A DNA stretch of 64,000 bases from contig JBHGAY010000011.1 of assembly GCA_041946735.1 (NCBI GenBank), forward strand, positions 1 to 64,000, given 5' to 3'. Position numbers and translations under genes: made by a program. The DNA comes from Candidatus Eiseniibacteriota bacterium. Lineage in GTDB: Bacteria > Eisenbacteria > RBG-16-71-46 > CAIMUX01 > VGJL01. Shown here one piece after another: positions 10,315 to 19,253 of the stretch. Numbering within the stretch: the first letter of the stretch is position 1; every line of letters starts with the position of its first letter. The notes under the pieces were generated by a model, which searched no databases, had not been told where the DNA came from, and was given only the letters and a program-made list of their open reading frames with translations.

Positions 10315-10871
10315 GCGATGCCGATCCTGGCCTCCCTCCGAACCTGGCATCGCTCGAGAGGCACCTGAGCGGCTGGGACGCGGAGGATGTAGCCCTGAGC
10401 GATGGAACCGATGAAGCCCTCGGGGCGGATCTCGTGCTGCGCCGATGCTATCGAGGCAGCAATGGATCTTCCGTCTGGCTCTTCGTCGCCTATTTCTCCA
10501 ACCAGAGGGTGAACAAGCAAATCCACTCTCCCAAGAATTGCCTGCCCGGAGGGGGCTGGAGGATCGCGGAGGTGGGCGAGCGCCGCGAAATCGTGGCCGG
10601 CGGCGTCGCCCGCGACATGACCCGAATGGTCATCCGCAAGGGCGGGAGCCTGCAGGAGGTGCTGTACTGGATGCAGACGCCCGGCGGCGCAACCGGGGAC
10701 GAATACAGGTTCAAGTGGCTCCAGACGAAAAACGCCCTCCGGGGGCGGCCGTCGAACGCCGCCTTCGTCCGGTACAACGCAAGCCTCGAAGACTCGGCTG
10801 CCATTCGCGAAGTCATGGGCCTCCTCGACGGTCCGCTTCAGACGCTTCTGGCCTCCTCGGGCATGGACTGA
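10242..10871 (+). CDS. epsI: EpsI family protein (exosortase C-terminal domain-like)
   Basis: LGADLVLRRCY, LFVAYF...QIHSPKNCLPGGGW, EVLYW and AAFVR. Adjacent to the exosortase. Confidence 0.88.
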   Translation: MLLRWTIAIVVVAVSGAFAAKLRLGDADPGLPPNLASLERHLSGWDAEDVALSDGTDEALGADLVLRRCYRGSNGSSVWLFVAYFSNQRVNKQIHSPKNCLPGGGWRIAEVGERREIVAGGVARDMTRMVIRKGGSLQEVLYWMQTPGGATGDEYRFKWLQTKNALRGRPSNAAFVRYNASLEDSAAIREVMGLLDGPLQTLLASSGMD

Positions 10872-10877
10872 CCTCCC

Positions 10878-11747
10878 GTGTCGCCAAACAAGGAAGGCCC
10901 GCTCTCCTTGGCCGCCTTCTCCGTTGACCTCGAGGACTACTACCAGGTCGAAGCGCTCCGGCCTTTCTGCCCGCGTGAACTTTGGGAGTCCTTCCCGGAC
11001 CGCATCGAGGCGAGCACCAGCCTGGTCCTCGACATCCTCGATCGCCATGGCGTGAAGGGAACGTTCTTCGTGCTGGGCTGGACGGCAAAGAGACACGCGC
11101 GTCTCGTCCGAAGAATCGCGGCAGCCGGTCACGAGATTGCTTCTCACGGGTTCGACCACGAGCTGATCTACAGGCAGGATGCCGATGGTTTTCGCGACGA
11201 CATTCGTGATGCGCGGAAGCTCCTGCAAGATTTGTCAGGTCAGCCGGTCATCGGCTACCGTGCGCCGTCCTACACGATCATGGCGCGCACCCTATGGGCG
11301 CTGCCCATTCTCCTCGAAGAGGGATTCCGATACGATTCAAGCGTTTACCCGATCGCGCGGCGTCGCTACGGCATGCCGGGCGCGAAGCGATGGCCCCACC
11401 GCATCGATCTCGGCCTTTCGGGCTCGATCGCTGAGTTCCCCCTTTCGACGATCCGAGTCGGTCCCGTCAACCTACCGGCCACCGGGGGCGCCTACCTGCG
11501 CCTGCTTCCGCTCGCCTGGCAGGGATGGGCAGTCCGCCGTCTCATCGACGATGGAAAACCCGTCCAGCTGAGCATTCACCCCTGGGAACTGGATCCCGGC
11601 CAACCGCGCTTCCCCGTGCCGCCGAGAACGCGCTGGACTCACTATCACAACCTTGACCGGAGTCCGGCCAGGCTGTCCAAGCTCTTGGCTCTTAGCGGAT
11701 TCGGGCCCGTCGGCCGCGTTCTCTCCTACCTGAGGCTTCTGGACTAG
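10878..11747 (+). CDS. XrtA-system polysaccharide deacetylase (DUF3473)
   Basis: FSVDLEDYYQV, TFFVLGW, HEIASHG, GYRAPS, YDSS, GGAYLR and HPWELDPGQPR. Confidence 0.92.
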   Translation: MSPNKEGPLSLAAFSVDLEDYYQVEALRPFCPRELWESFPDRIEASTSLVLDILDRHGVKGTFFVLGWTAKRHARLVRRIAAAGHEIASHGFDHELIYRQDADGFRDDIRDARKLLQDLSGQPVIGYRAPSYTIMARTLWALPILLEEGFRYDSSVYPIARRRYGMPGAKRWPHRIDLGLSGSIAEFPLSTIRVGPVNLPATGGAYLRLLPLAWQGWAVRRLIDDGKPVQLSIHPWELDPGQPRFPVPPRTRWTHYHNLDRSPARLSKLLALSGFGPVGRVLSYLRLLD

Positions 11748-12153
11748 ACCTTCGCCTCGCCCTCTCCCCGCGTTTCGCGATAGAGGAACGTTTCACCATA
11801 GCGAAGGCATTGAAGCCGGGCAGCGTCGGTCAGGGTGACAGGTAGCCGCGCAAAGTGTCGCCGCCGATGAACACAAAGAAACATTTCCTTGCTGTCACGA
11901 CCCGGGCCGTCGTACACTACCCCTGCTCGTTCGACCAGTCTCTCGTTTTGCTGATCAAGTGCGACGGCAACCGTGGGATCTCGGACTAGAGACGATCGTG
12001 CGACAGGGAGCGCGGCTGACCGTCTTGGCTTCCCTCCGCTACGATTCCTGGCCGTCGGATAGGACCCAGATCGTGCCCGAAATGATCCAGGGGGTGATCT
12101 GTCCTTCCTTTCGGCGGAGCGTAGGGCAAGCCAGACAGTGATGTCGTAAGGCA

Positions 12154-12169
12154 TGGCTCCCGTCGTGCT
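12154..12169 (+). promoter_or_regulatory. Putative sigma-54 -24/-12 promoter (TGGCTCC-CGTC-GTGCT)
   Basis: Exact GG-N10-GC spacing with TGGC and TGCT. Ends 32 bp before the GTG at 12202 (RBS GGAGG at about 12189). The downstream operon encodes a sigma-54 activator. Confidence 0.45.
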
Positions 12170-12201
12170 GCCTGACAACGACAGGCAGGGAGGGGCGACA
12201 G

Positions 12202-13035
12202 GTGAATCCTCTGCGTGTGGCGGGGTGGGCCTTGCGCGGGCCGCTCGCCTTGCTCGTTCGCTTTTCGCAATGGAAACCGTTTCTGATCCTCGCCGGCGTT
12301 CAAACGGCATTCCTGGTGATCCTCGTAAGTTTCCACACCTCGCTCATCGCGCCATTCGGGGTTCCCCTGACAAAGCTTCTTGGCGGCCCGAACGCCGCCC
12401 ATTACCCCTGGTTCTTCTACTTCCTTCCCGAGATGTTCCGAAAGGCGCTGCTCGTCCTGAACGTGCTGGTGGCTTCCGTCCTCTTCGGCGTGGCGACCTT
12501 GTACTTCGCGCGTGCCTTCGGCTTCCCATCGAAGTCCGGCCCGGGAATCTGGCGAGGAGTCTGGCGCAGCGCTCCGCTGCTGATCGTCGTCTCCCTGGTC
12601 GAGAGCCTGCTGCTCCTCGGGGCTTCCTCAATCGCTCGATGGGTGCCGCAGGAGGCGATGCTGAACAGCGGGCTCGTCCGATGGGGCGTCAGATTCGGTC
12701 TGATGGCGGTCATGATCACGATCCAGTGCTTCCTGCTCTACACCACAGCCTGGATCGTGCTCATGAAGAGCAATCTCCTGGGCGCGTTTCGCGATTCCAT
12801 TCGGGTCGCTGCTCGGACGTTTCTGCCGACCTTCGTGATCGCGGCGGTTCCCGCAGTGATCCTCTTCCCCGTCTCCTATCTCGGCAGCCGGCCGGATCTG
12901 ATCGCCTCGAAGTTCAAGCCGGAGCTCATCGCGACGGTTCTTGGAGGGCAGGTCCTTCTGCAGACGGTCCTCGCGTTCTTCCTCGTCGGAGCCGCGACCC
13001 GCCTGTTCATCTGGCGAACGGAGGCGGCACGATGA
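12202..13035 (+). CDS. Hypothetical integral membrane protein (about 6 TM)
   Basis: 277 aa with alternating hydrophobic helices. RBS upstream. Stop overlaps the next ATG (ATGA). Confidence 0.8.
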   Translation: MNPLRVAGWALRGPLALLVRFSQWKPFLILAGVQTAFLVILVSFHTSLIAPFGVPLTKLLGGPNAAHYPWFFYFLPEMFRKALLVLNVLVASVLFGVATLYFARAFGFPSKSGPGIWRGVWRSAPLLIVVSLVESLLLLGASSIARWVPQEAMLNSGLVRWGVRFGLMAVMITIQCFLLYTTAWIVLMKSNLLGAFRDSIRVAARTFLPTFVIAAVPAVILFPVSYLGSRPDLIASKFKPELIATVLGGQVLLQTVLAFFLVGAATRLFIWRTEAAR

Positions 13036-14555
13036 GGTGGAGACTCGCAGCTTGCGCCTCGTTCGTTCTCGTCGGCTCGCTGCTGGGATGTGGCGGGGAC
13101 CGGGACGAGGCGGATGTCTACCGGGCCGAGCGGGAAATGTACCGCGCGGAGTGGACGCGCCGCAGCTTGTCGATCCGCCCGAAAGATGTGAAGGATGCGC
13201 AGTGGGCGGCCCTCGCGGATACGTACGAAAGGATCGGCTACCGATACGGTCTGCGGCCTTCCGGCGGCACGCATGGGCTGGCCCGGTTGCAGCTCCGGAC
13301 TCTGGGCGCCGCTGCCCTCTTTGCTGCCGCGCAGATCCACGAGGGTATCGGGGATTCGGCGCGGGTGGACGGGATCTATCGAGAGATGGCCTCGAAGTTC
13401 TCGGACATCCCCAGCCTCCGGGCGGAGGTCGCGCTGGCCCAAGGCGTGCTCGCCGAGCGCAGCCGCGACTACGACCGGGCGATCGAGCTGTATCGAAACG
13501 TGATCGAAGGCGTGGAACCGGACACTTCGGGAGCGGGGGCGCCGAGCGTCGTCCTGACTCTCCCGGTCCGTGTCGCGAGGTTGTACGTCCTCCAGCGGAA
13601 CGAGGCAGCCGCTCGGCAGGCTTACGACATCGCCGCGCGCTACTACGAGCGGGTGTCGGAATCGCATCGGGGCACCGTCATCGAGATCGACGCCGACGAG
13701 TTCCTCGCGGAGGTCGCGGCCGAGAAGGGGGAATGGGATCGGGCGGACGCCATTCTGCGGGATCTGGAGCGCCGGCTTGCCGGCTCTCCTAAGCCGCCTC
13801 GCGATCCGGCCGATGTGGCCTTTGCACGGTCCGGTGTCCTGCTGAAGTCCGGCGCCTCCCCCGAGGCGATCCATTCGGCGCTCGAGGCGGTCGTGGACGG
13901 ATACCCGAAGAGCGGAGTCGCTCCCCGCGCGCTCCTCGCGCTCGCGGCGAACGCCGACCAGCGGGACCGACCGGAGGAGGCGTTCGAGTACCTGGACCGC
14001 ATCGGCGAGGAATACCCGAAGGATGAAGAGTTCCTCTCCCAAGCGCTGATCTATCGGGCGCGCCTGCTCGATGCTCGAGGGCGCTGGCCGGAGGCCCTCG
14101 AGACCTACCGGACACTGACGAGTCAGCACCCGCTGAGCGAAGCGGCCCTTACCGCTCCGCTCGAGATCGCGCAGCGGGAAGCGCGAGCCGGGGACGAGGC
14201 TGCCGCCCGAACCGCTCTCGATGCAGCACGACGCGCGTACCTCGATTTCATCGATCGGTACCCGCCGAGCCGTTACACGATCCTTGCGCGGACGAACCTC
14301 GCACGGACGCTCGCGCTCTTGAAGGACTACGAGAGCGCGGTGACCGAGATGGTCCGTCTCGGCGAAGACCTCGCCGGAACGACCGAAGGCGCTGCCTGGT
14401 TTGCGTCCGCCGCGAAGATGGCCCGTGATGAGCTGGCCGACAGGGAACGGGCCGCGGAGATTCTCGACCGGATGGCGAAGGCGCACGAAGGCGCGGATCC
14501 TGGAAAGTGGGCGACCAGGGAGGCGCAGAAGCTTCGGGAGCCGCCTACCCCATGA
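13032..14555 (+). CDS. TPR-repeat lipoprotein (PrsT-analogous position)
   Basis: Lipobox LVGSLLG-C and repeated TPR-like helices (YDRAIELYRNVI, YPKSGVAPRALLALA, WPEALETYRTL). 507 aa, with ATGA overlaps at both ends. Confidence 0.85.
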   Translation: MRWRLAACASFVLVGSLLGCGGDRDEADVYRAEREMYRAEWTRRSLSIRPKDVKDAQWAALADTYERIGYRYGLRPSGGTHGLARLQLRTLGAAALFAAAQIHEGIGDSARVDGIYREMASKFSDIPSLRAEVALAQGVLAERSRDYDRAIELYRNVIEGVEPDTSGAGAPSVVLTLPVRVARLYVLQRNEAAARQAYDIAARYYERVSESHRGTVIEIDADEFLAEVAAEKGEWDRADAILRDLERRLAGSPKPPRDPADVAFARSGVLLKSGASPEAIHSALEAVVDGYPKSGVAPRALLALAANADQRDRPEEAFEYLDRIGEEYPKDEEFLSQALIYRARLLDARGRWPEALETYRTLTSQHPLSEAALTAPLEIAQREARAGDEAAARTALDAARRAYLDFIDRYPPSRYTILARTNLARTLALLKDYESAVTEMVRLGEDLAGTTEGAAWFASAAKMARDELADRERAAEILDRMAKAHEGADPGKWATREAQKLREPPTP

Positions 14556-16690
14556 CGCTCCAGCAGACGATCCTCGTCGTCGCGATGGCTTCGACGATCG
14601 TGCCGGTGGTCGCAGTCGTCGTGCGAGGCCAGTCCCACCGGCTGCTCGTCGTGGCGACCCTGCTCGTCGCCTTGATGACCTGCTTTCACCTCGGGGCGGT
14701 TCTCCATGCCCTGTCGATCGGACGCTCGCAGGAAGGGACCCTCTGGGCCTCGGTGATCTTTGGCTCGACGCTCCCGCTGTTGCTCTCGGGATACCTCTTC
14801 TCGGGTTTCTTCGGCCGCGACGATCCTCACCGCAGCCTGCGTCAGCTGCGCGGGACGTTCCTCCTGCTTGCGATCGTGGGCGCGGGATTGCTCTTCCTCG
14901 CGCCATCGAAGGGAATCACGCGCTACGAATGGGCCGACGGAAGGCCCACCATCCACCTCGGGTCGATCGGCAAGGCCTACCTCAGCTTTCTGCTCATCGG
15001 ACTCGTCGCCATCGGATACAACCTCGAGAGGACTTACAGGACCGTGCCGGCCGAAACCCGCTATCGCCTGCGCCTGCCCATGGTCGGATTCCTGGGAGTC
15101 CTGGCGTATGAGACGGCGGTCCTCGCCTCCGGAATGCTCTACTCGTCGATCGGGGTCGGGAAGCTCATCGCCAGCTCGGTCCCGTTCGGCTTCGCCAGCG
15201 TAGCTTTGGGGCACGGCTATTTCCGGGGGGCCTTGGTCGATCTGAGGACCCCCGTCTCCCGCAGCGTGATCTATTCCTCCTTCACGGCGCTGGCGGCGGC
15301 GCTCTTCGTCCTGGCGATCGCTGCCGCCGCACAGATCGCGTCGTGGACCAAGTGGTCGCCGGACGAGATCCTCGTCGTATCGGTCGTCTTCCTGGGCGTG
15401 CTCGTCGCCGGGCTGTTCCTGTTCTCTCACCGATTCCAGAGATCGGTCCGCCGGTACATCGACCGGAACTTCTACGTCAACCGTTACGACTACCGGACCC
15501 AGTGGTCGAGCCTCACCAAGTCGCTCCGTGACGCGACCGACGAGGAGGGAGTGCTCAACCGGGTCGCGCCTCTTCTTCTCGAGCTGTTCGTCGCCGACGG
15601 CTACACGATCTCCCTCCGCGATGCGGCGCGCGGCGGGATCCGTCCGAGACGAGGGAAGGGGTCCTTCCCGGCGACGGTCGCTCTCGAGCCCGAATCGCCG
15701 CTGTATCAGCAGCTCGAGGCGGGAGGTGGGACCTTGTTGCTCGACCGGAAGCCGAGCGACCTCGCCTACATCCCGATCTACGCGGAAGACGGGGACTGGC
15801 TCGACGGAACCGCCAGCCAGCTCCTGGCGCCCTTGAAGGATGGCGGGCAGCTGATTGGCACCATCGGTCTCGAAAGGCGGGACAACGCCGACCGGTTCAC
15901 GTTCGAGGACGTCGCCCTTCTCGACAGCATCGCCGGCCACGTGGCCGCGAACCTCCGATCGATGCAGCTGATGAGCGAGCTGCGGGAAGCGCGAGAGATC
16001 GAGCTGATCTCCCAATGGAGCAGCATGCTCCTGCATGACCTGAAGAACCATCTCGCCCCTCTCCGGATGGCGGCCTCGAACCTGCTCGAGAACGAAGACG
16101 ACCCCGAGATCGTGACGGCCTGCGCACGCGACATCGGAGAAGTGGCCGATCGGATGGAGTCTCTCGTACAGCGGCTCGGAGCGCTCCGGCAGGCGCACCG
16201 AGCGCAGCTCGAGCTTCTCTGCCCGAACCGCCTGCTCCAGAATCTCGTCGCCACGATGCCGGTCCTTCGCCATCCATTGCTGCGAGTCGAGACTTCTCTG
16301 CATTCGAAACTCGCGCTCCGGGGCGATCGGGCGATGCTGCAACGGGTGCTCGAGAACCTGGTGCAGAACGCCGTGGAGGCGATGGAGGGGCGAGGCACCC
16401 TTCGGTTGGCGACCGAGGATCTGGGGGTCGACGGCAAGGCGCAGGTGCGAATCGACGTCGTCGACTCTGGGTGCGGCATCTCGGAGGAGTTCCTCCGGGA
16501 CCGCCTGTTCCGTCCCTTCGAAACGACGAAGAAGAAGGGGCTCGGGCTCGGTCTCTATCAGTGTCGCACGATCGTCCGGAATCACGGCGGGGAGCTGCGC
16601 GTCCGGTCGGAGCAAGGGAAAGGCTCGGTCTTCCAAATCCTGCTGCAAGGGGTGGAGCCGGCCAAGAAGGAGATCGAGGCGTCTCGATGA
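14552..16690 (+). CDS. prsK: PEP-CTERM/XrtA system sensor histidine kinase
   Basis: N-terminal multi-TM region, NRYDYRTQW, GAF region, H-box LLHDLKN, N-box NLVQNAVEA, DSGCGISEEF..RLFRPFETTKKKGLGLGLYQ. Confidence 0.87.
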   Translation: MTLQQTILVVAMASTIVPVVAVVVRGQSHRLLVVATLLVALMTCFHLGAVLHALSIGRSQEGTLWASVIFGSTLPLLLSGYLFSGFFGRDDPHRSLRQLRGTFLLLAIVGAGLLFLAPSKGITRYEWADGRPTIHLGSIGKAYLSFLLIGLVAIGYNLERTYRTVPAETRYRLRLPMVGFLGVLAYETAVLASGMLYSSIGVGKLIASSVPFGFASVALGHGYFRGALVDLRTPVSRSVIYSSFTALAAALFVLAIAAAAQIASWTKWSPDEILVVSVVFLGVLVAGLFLFSHRFQRSVRRYIDRNFYVNRYDYRTQWSSLTKSLRDATDEEGVLNRVAPLLLELFVADGYTISLRDAARGGIRPRRGKGSFPATVALEPESPLYQQLEAGGGTLLLDRKPSDLAYIPIYAEDGDWLDGTASQLLAPLKDGGQLIGTIGLERRDNADRFTFEDVALLDSIAGHVAANLRSMQLMSELREAREIELISQWSSMLLHDLKNHLAPLRMAASNLLENEDDPEIVTACARDIGEVADRMESLVQRLGALRQAHRAQLELLCPNRLLQNLVATMPVLRHPLLRVETSLHSKLALRGDRAMLQRVLENLVQNAVEAMEGRGTLRLATEDLGVDGKAQVRIDVVDSGCGISEEFLRDRLFRPFETTKKKGLGLGLYQCRTIVRNHGGELRVRSEQGKGSVFQILLQGVEPAKKEIEASR

Positions 16691-18132
16691 GCGAAGCGAG
16701 GCCGCGGCGGCGAGTAGGGAACGCGACGACGGGCGAGCCGGCCGCAGTGCCCAAGCTCCTGATCGTCGACGACGACCCGGTGATCACGAGGCAGCTCAGC
16801 CTCGCCCTCGCTCGCGAATACGACGTCAGCATAGCGAACGACTCCGACGAAGGCTGGCGGCGGATCCGAGATGAGAGGCCGGAACTCGTCACGCTCGATC
16901 TTGCGCTCCAGAACAACGATCCGGAGACGGGGTTCGCGCTCCTCGAACGCTGCGCCGGGGTCGACCCGTACATGAAGGTGATTCTGATCACCGGCAACGA
17001 CGAGGAGGCGAATGCGCTGCGTGCGGTGGAGAACGGCGCAGCGGACTTCTTCAGCAAGCCCGTCGACGTCGGGGAGCTGAAAGTCCTGCTGCGGCGCGTG
17101 CTCACGATCGGGAGAAGAGAAAGGCAGATCGGCGCGCTACTGACGGCGATGGGCGACGAACGGCGTCTGGGCTCGATCGTCGGGCAAAGCCCGCCGATGC
17201 GCTCTCTTTTCCGCAAGATCGAGAAAGTCGCGCCGACCGACATCTCGGTCCTGATTCTCGGCGAGAGCGGGACCGGGAAGGAGCTGGTCGCCAGGGAGGT
17301 CCGGCGGCTCAGCAGACGGGCGGCGAAACCGTTCGTGAACATCAACTGCGGCGCGATCCCCGAGAACCTGCTCGAGAGCGAGCTGTTCGGTCACGAGAAG
17401 GGGTCGTTCACGGGCGCCCACGCGACTCGGGCCGGTCGCCTCGAGCTGGCGCACGGAGGCACGGTCTTCCTCGACGAAATCGGAGAGATCCCGATTTCGC
17501 TGCAAGTGAAGCTGCTCCGCTTCTTGCAGGAGCACGAGATCGAGAGGGTGGGCGGGCGCACCGTGATCAACCTCGACGTCCGGATCATCGCGGCGACCAG
17601 CCGGGACCTCGAGGCCGAGGTGAGCCAGCGCCGGTTCCGGCAGGATCTCTACTACCGGCTCGCCGTAGTGAACCTCGATGTTCCGGCGCTGCGGGAACGT
17701 CAGGAAGACATTCTGGTCCTCGCCCAGTACTTCCTCGATCGGTTCTCCTCCGAGATGCATCGCGGCCGGATGTCGTTCTCGCCGGCGGCAAAGCTCGCGC
17801 TGCGGGAGCACTCCTGGCCCGGGAACGTGCGGGAGTTGGAGCACCGGGTGCAGAAGGCGGTCGTGATGGCCGGCGGCCGTTCGATCGAGGAATCGGATCT
17901 GGAACTTTCCTGCGCGCAGGCCGGGCCTCGAAACGTTTCGCTTCGCGAAGCGCGCGAGGAGGCGGATCGCGCGGCCATACGGGAAGCGCTGCGCGCAACG
18001 GGGGGAAATGTGTCCAAAGCTTCCGAGGCGCTCGGGATCTCCCGGCCAAGCCTGCATGAGCTATTGGCCAAGCTGGGGATCCAGGCGAACGACTTCCGTG
18101 CGAGGTCTTCGCGCGAAGAGATGGAATCGTGA
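16687..18132 (+). CDS. prsR: Sigma-54-dependent response regulator (PEP-CTERM-box type)
   Basis: Receiver domain ([14 protein letters not shown]), AAA+ domain ([28 protein letters not shown]) and Fis-type HTH. Follows prsK. Confidence 0.88.
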   Translation: MSEARPRRRVGNATTGEPAAVPKLLIVDDDPVITRQLSLALAREYDVSIANDSDEGWRRIRDERPELVTLDLALQNNDPETGFALLERCAGVDPYMKVILITGNDEEANALRAVENGAADFFSKPVDVGELKVLLRRVLTIGRRERQIGALLTAMGDERRLGSIVGQSPPMRSLFRKIEKVAPTDISVLILGESGTGKELVAREVRRLSRRAAKPFVNINCGAIPENLLESELFGHEKGSFTGAHATRAGRLELAHGGTVFLDEIGEIPISLQVKLLRFLQEHEIERVGGRTVINLDVRIIAATSRDLEAEVSQRRFRQDLYYRLAVVNLDVPALRERQEDILVLAQYFLDRFSSEMHRGRMSFSPAAKLALREHSWPGNVRELEHRVQKAVVMAGGRSIEESDLELSCAQAGPRNVSLREAREEADRAAIREALRATGGNVSKASEALGISRPSLHELLAKLGIQANDFRARSSREEMES

Positions 18133-19253
18133 ACCGGCGAAGAGCGATCGCCCAAGGCGCGTGCCTGCTGCTCGCCGTCCTCGTGCCGGTCATTCCGGCT
18201 CATGCCGAGAGTGGGCAGCCCGAGGCGATTCTCCTTTCCTCGGAGCCGGCAGGGATCGGAATCACGCTGCAAGGTCCCGTCGATCTCGCGGGAACCACCC
18301 CTCTCGATCTCCAGGACCTTCCGATCGGAGAGTACCGGCTTCGCTCGCGCGAGAGCGACCTGCCCGCGTTTCGTGGAAGGCTGGTCCGCGGGCAACAGTC
18401 TCTCGTTCAGCGACCGTGGGCGGGCGTGACGTCGATCCTGTTCCCTCCCGGCGTGACGCATCTCGAGCGAGGAGAGAAGCGAGGGTGGATCTTCCTCGGC
18501 GGAGCGATCGCCTCGGCATCGATGGTCCTCTTGCAGCAGAGCGACCTGCGGGAAGCCGAGAGCGAGCAGGACCGTTTCGGGCGAGAGTACGAGACGGCGG
18601 TCTCCGAAGAGGACATCCAGCACGCTCGGCAGTCCCTCGAGACCGCCACGCAGAGAGCGGAGGACGAAGAGGAGTTGCGGAACCTCTGGGGGGTCTACTT
18701 CGGAGCCACAGCGGTGGGGGCGTTTCTCGAGGCGGTCGCGCTCACTCCGGAGCCGTCGATCGACCGGCTGCCCGAGGGAGGCTACCTGATGCGATCCCCC
18801 GGGACGGGCACGCTTCGCAACGCGTTGCGGAGCGCTCTGGTGCCGGGAGCCGGCCAGAGATTCGCGGGCGAGCAGGGGAAGGCGAACGGCTTCGCGATCG
18901 CCATCGGGGCTCTCGCGGCCTTGACGATCCAGACACACGCGGACTTCCTGGAGCACCGCCGGGACCAGGCCGAGGCGCAGGCGCGTTTCTTCGCGGCCGA
19001 GACCGAGCAGGAGATCGAAAGAACGCGGAGCGGGCTACGCCGCGCGCAAGATCGGACGGACGAGGCCGAGATCCTCCAATGGGCAAGCGTGGCGGCCCTC
19101 GGAGTGGCGTACGCCTGGAACGTCCTCGACGCTTCGGCCTCCGGGAGCTTCGCGCGCGAGGACGGACGCCAGTCCTCAGGCACGCCGCTCGCGATCTCCT
19201 GGGATCCGGGCGCGAGGGAATTGCGTCTTGCCGCATCGTGGGGGGGCCGATGA
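18129..19253 (+). CDS. Secreted/membrane protein with a PEGA domain and two DUF5683-like units
   Basis: Signal peptide (PAHA-E). SSEPAG...GTTPL..QDLPIGEYRL (PEGA). SALVPGAGQ...AWNVLDA unit plus a degenerate first copy. Confidence 0.72.
   Translation: MNRRRAIAQGACLLLAVLVPVIPAHAESGQPEAILLSSEPAGIGITLQGPVDLAGTTPLDLQDLPIGEYRLRSRESDLPAFRGRLVRGQQSLVQRPWAGVTSILFPPGVTHLERGEKRGWIFLGGAIASASMVLLQQSDLREAESEQDRFGREYETAVSEEDIQHARQSLETATQRAEDEEELRNLWGVYFGATAVGAFLEAVALTPEPSIDRLPEGGYLMRSPGTGTLRNALRSALVPGAGQRFAGEQGKANGFAIAIGALAALTIQTHADFLEHRRDQAEAQARFFAAETEQEIERTRSGLRRAQDRTDEAEILQWASVAALGVAYAWNVLDASASGSFAREDGRQSSGTPLAISWDPGARELRLAASWGGR

Noticed and set aside
12153..13031. N-terminal extensions in the ORF track (800-aa TPR, 1040-aa FN3, 824-aa PEPCK, 601-aa ALDH)
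   Set aside because: The extensions overlap neighbouring genes or the IS. The internal starts have an RBS or ATGA coupling, and signal peptides where expected.
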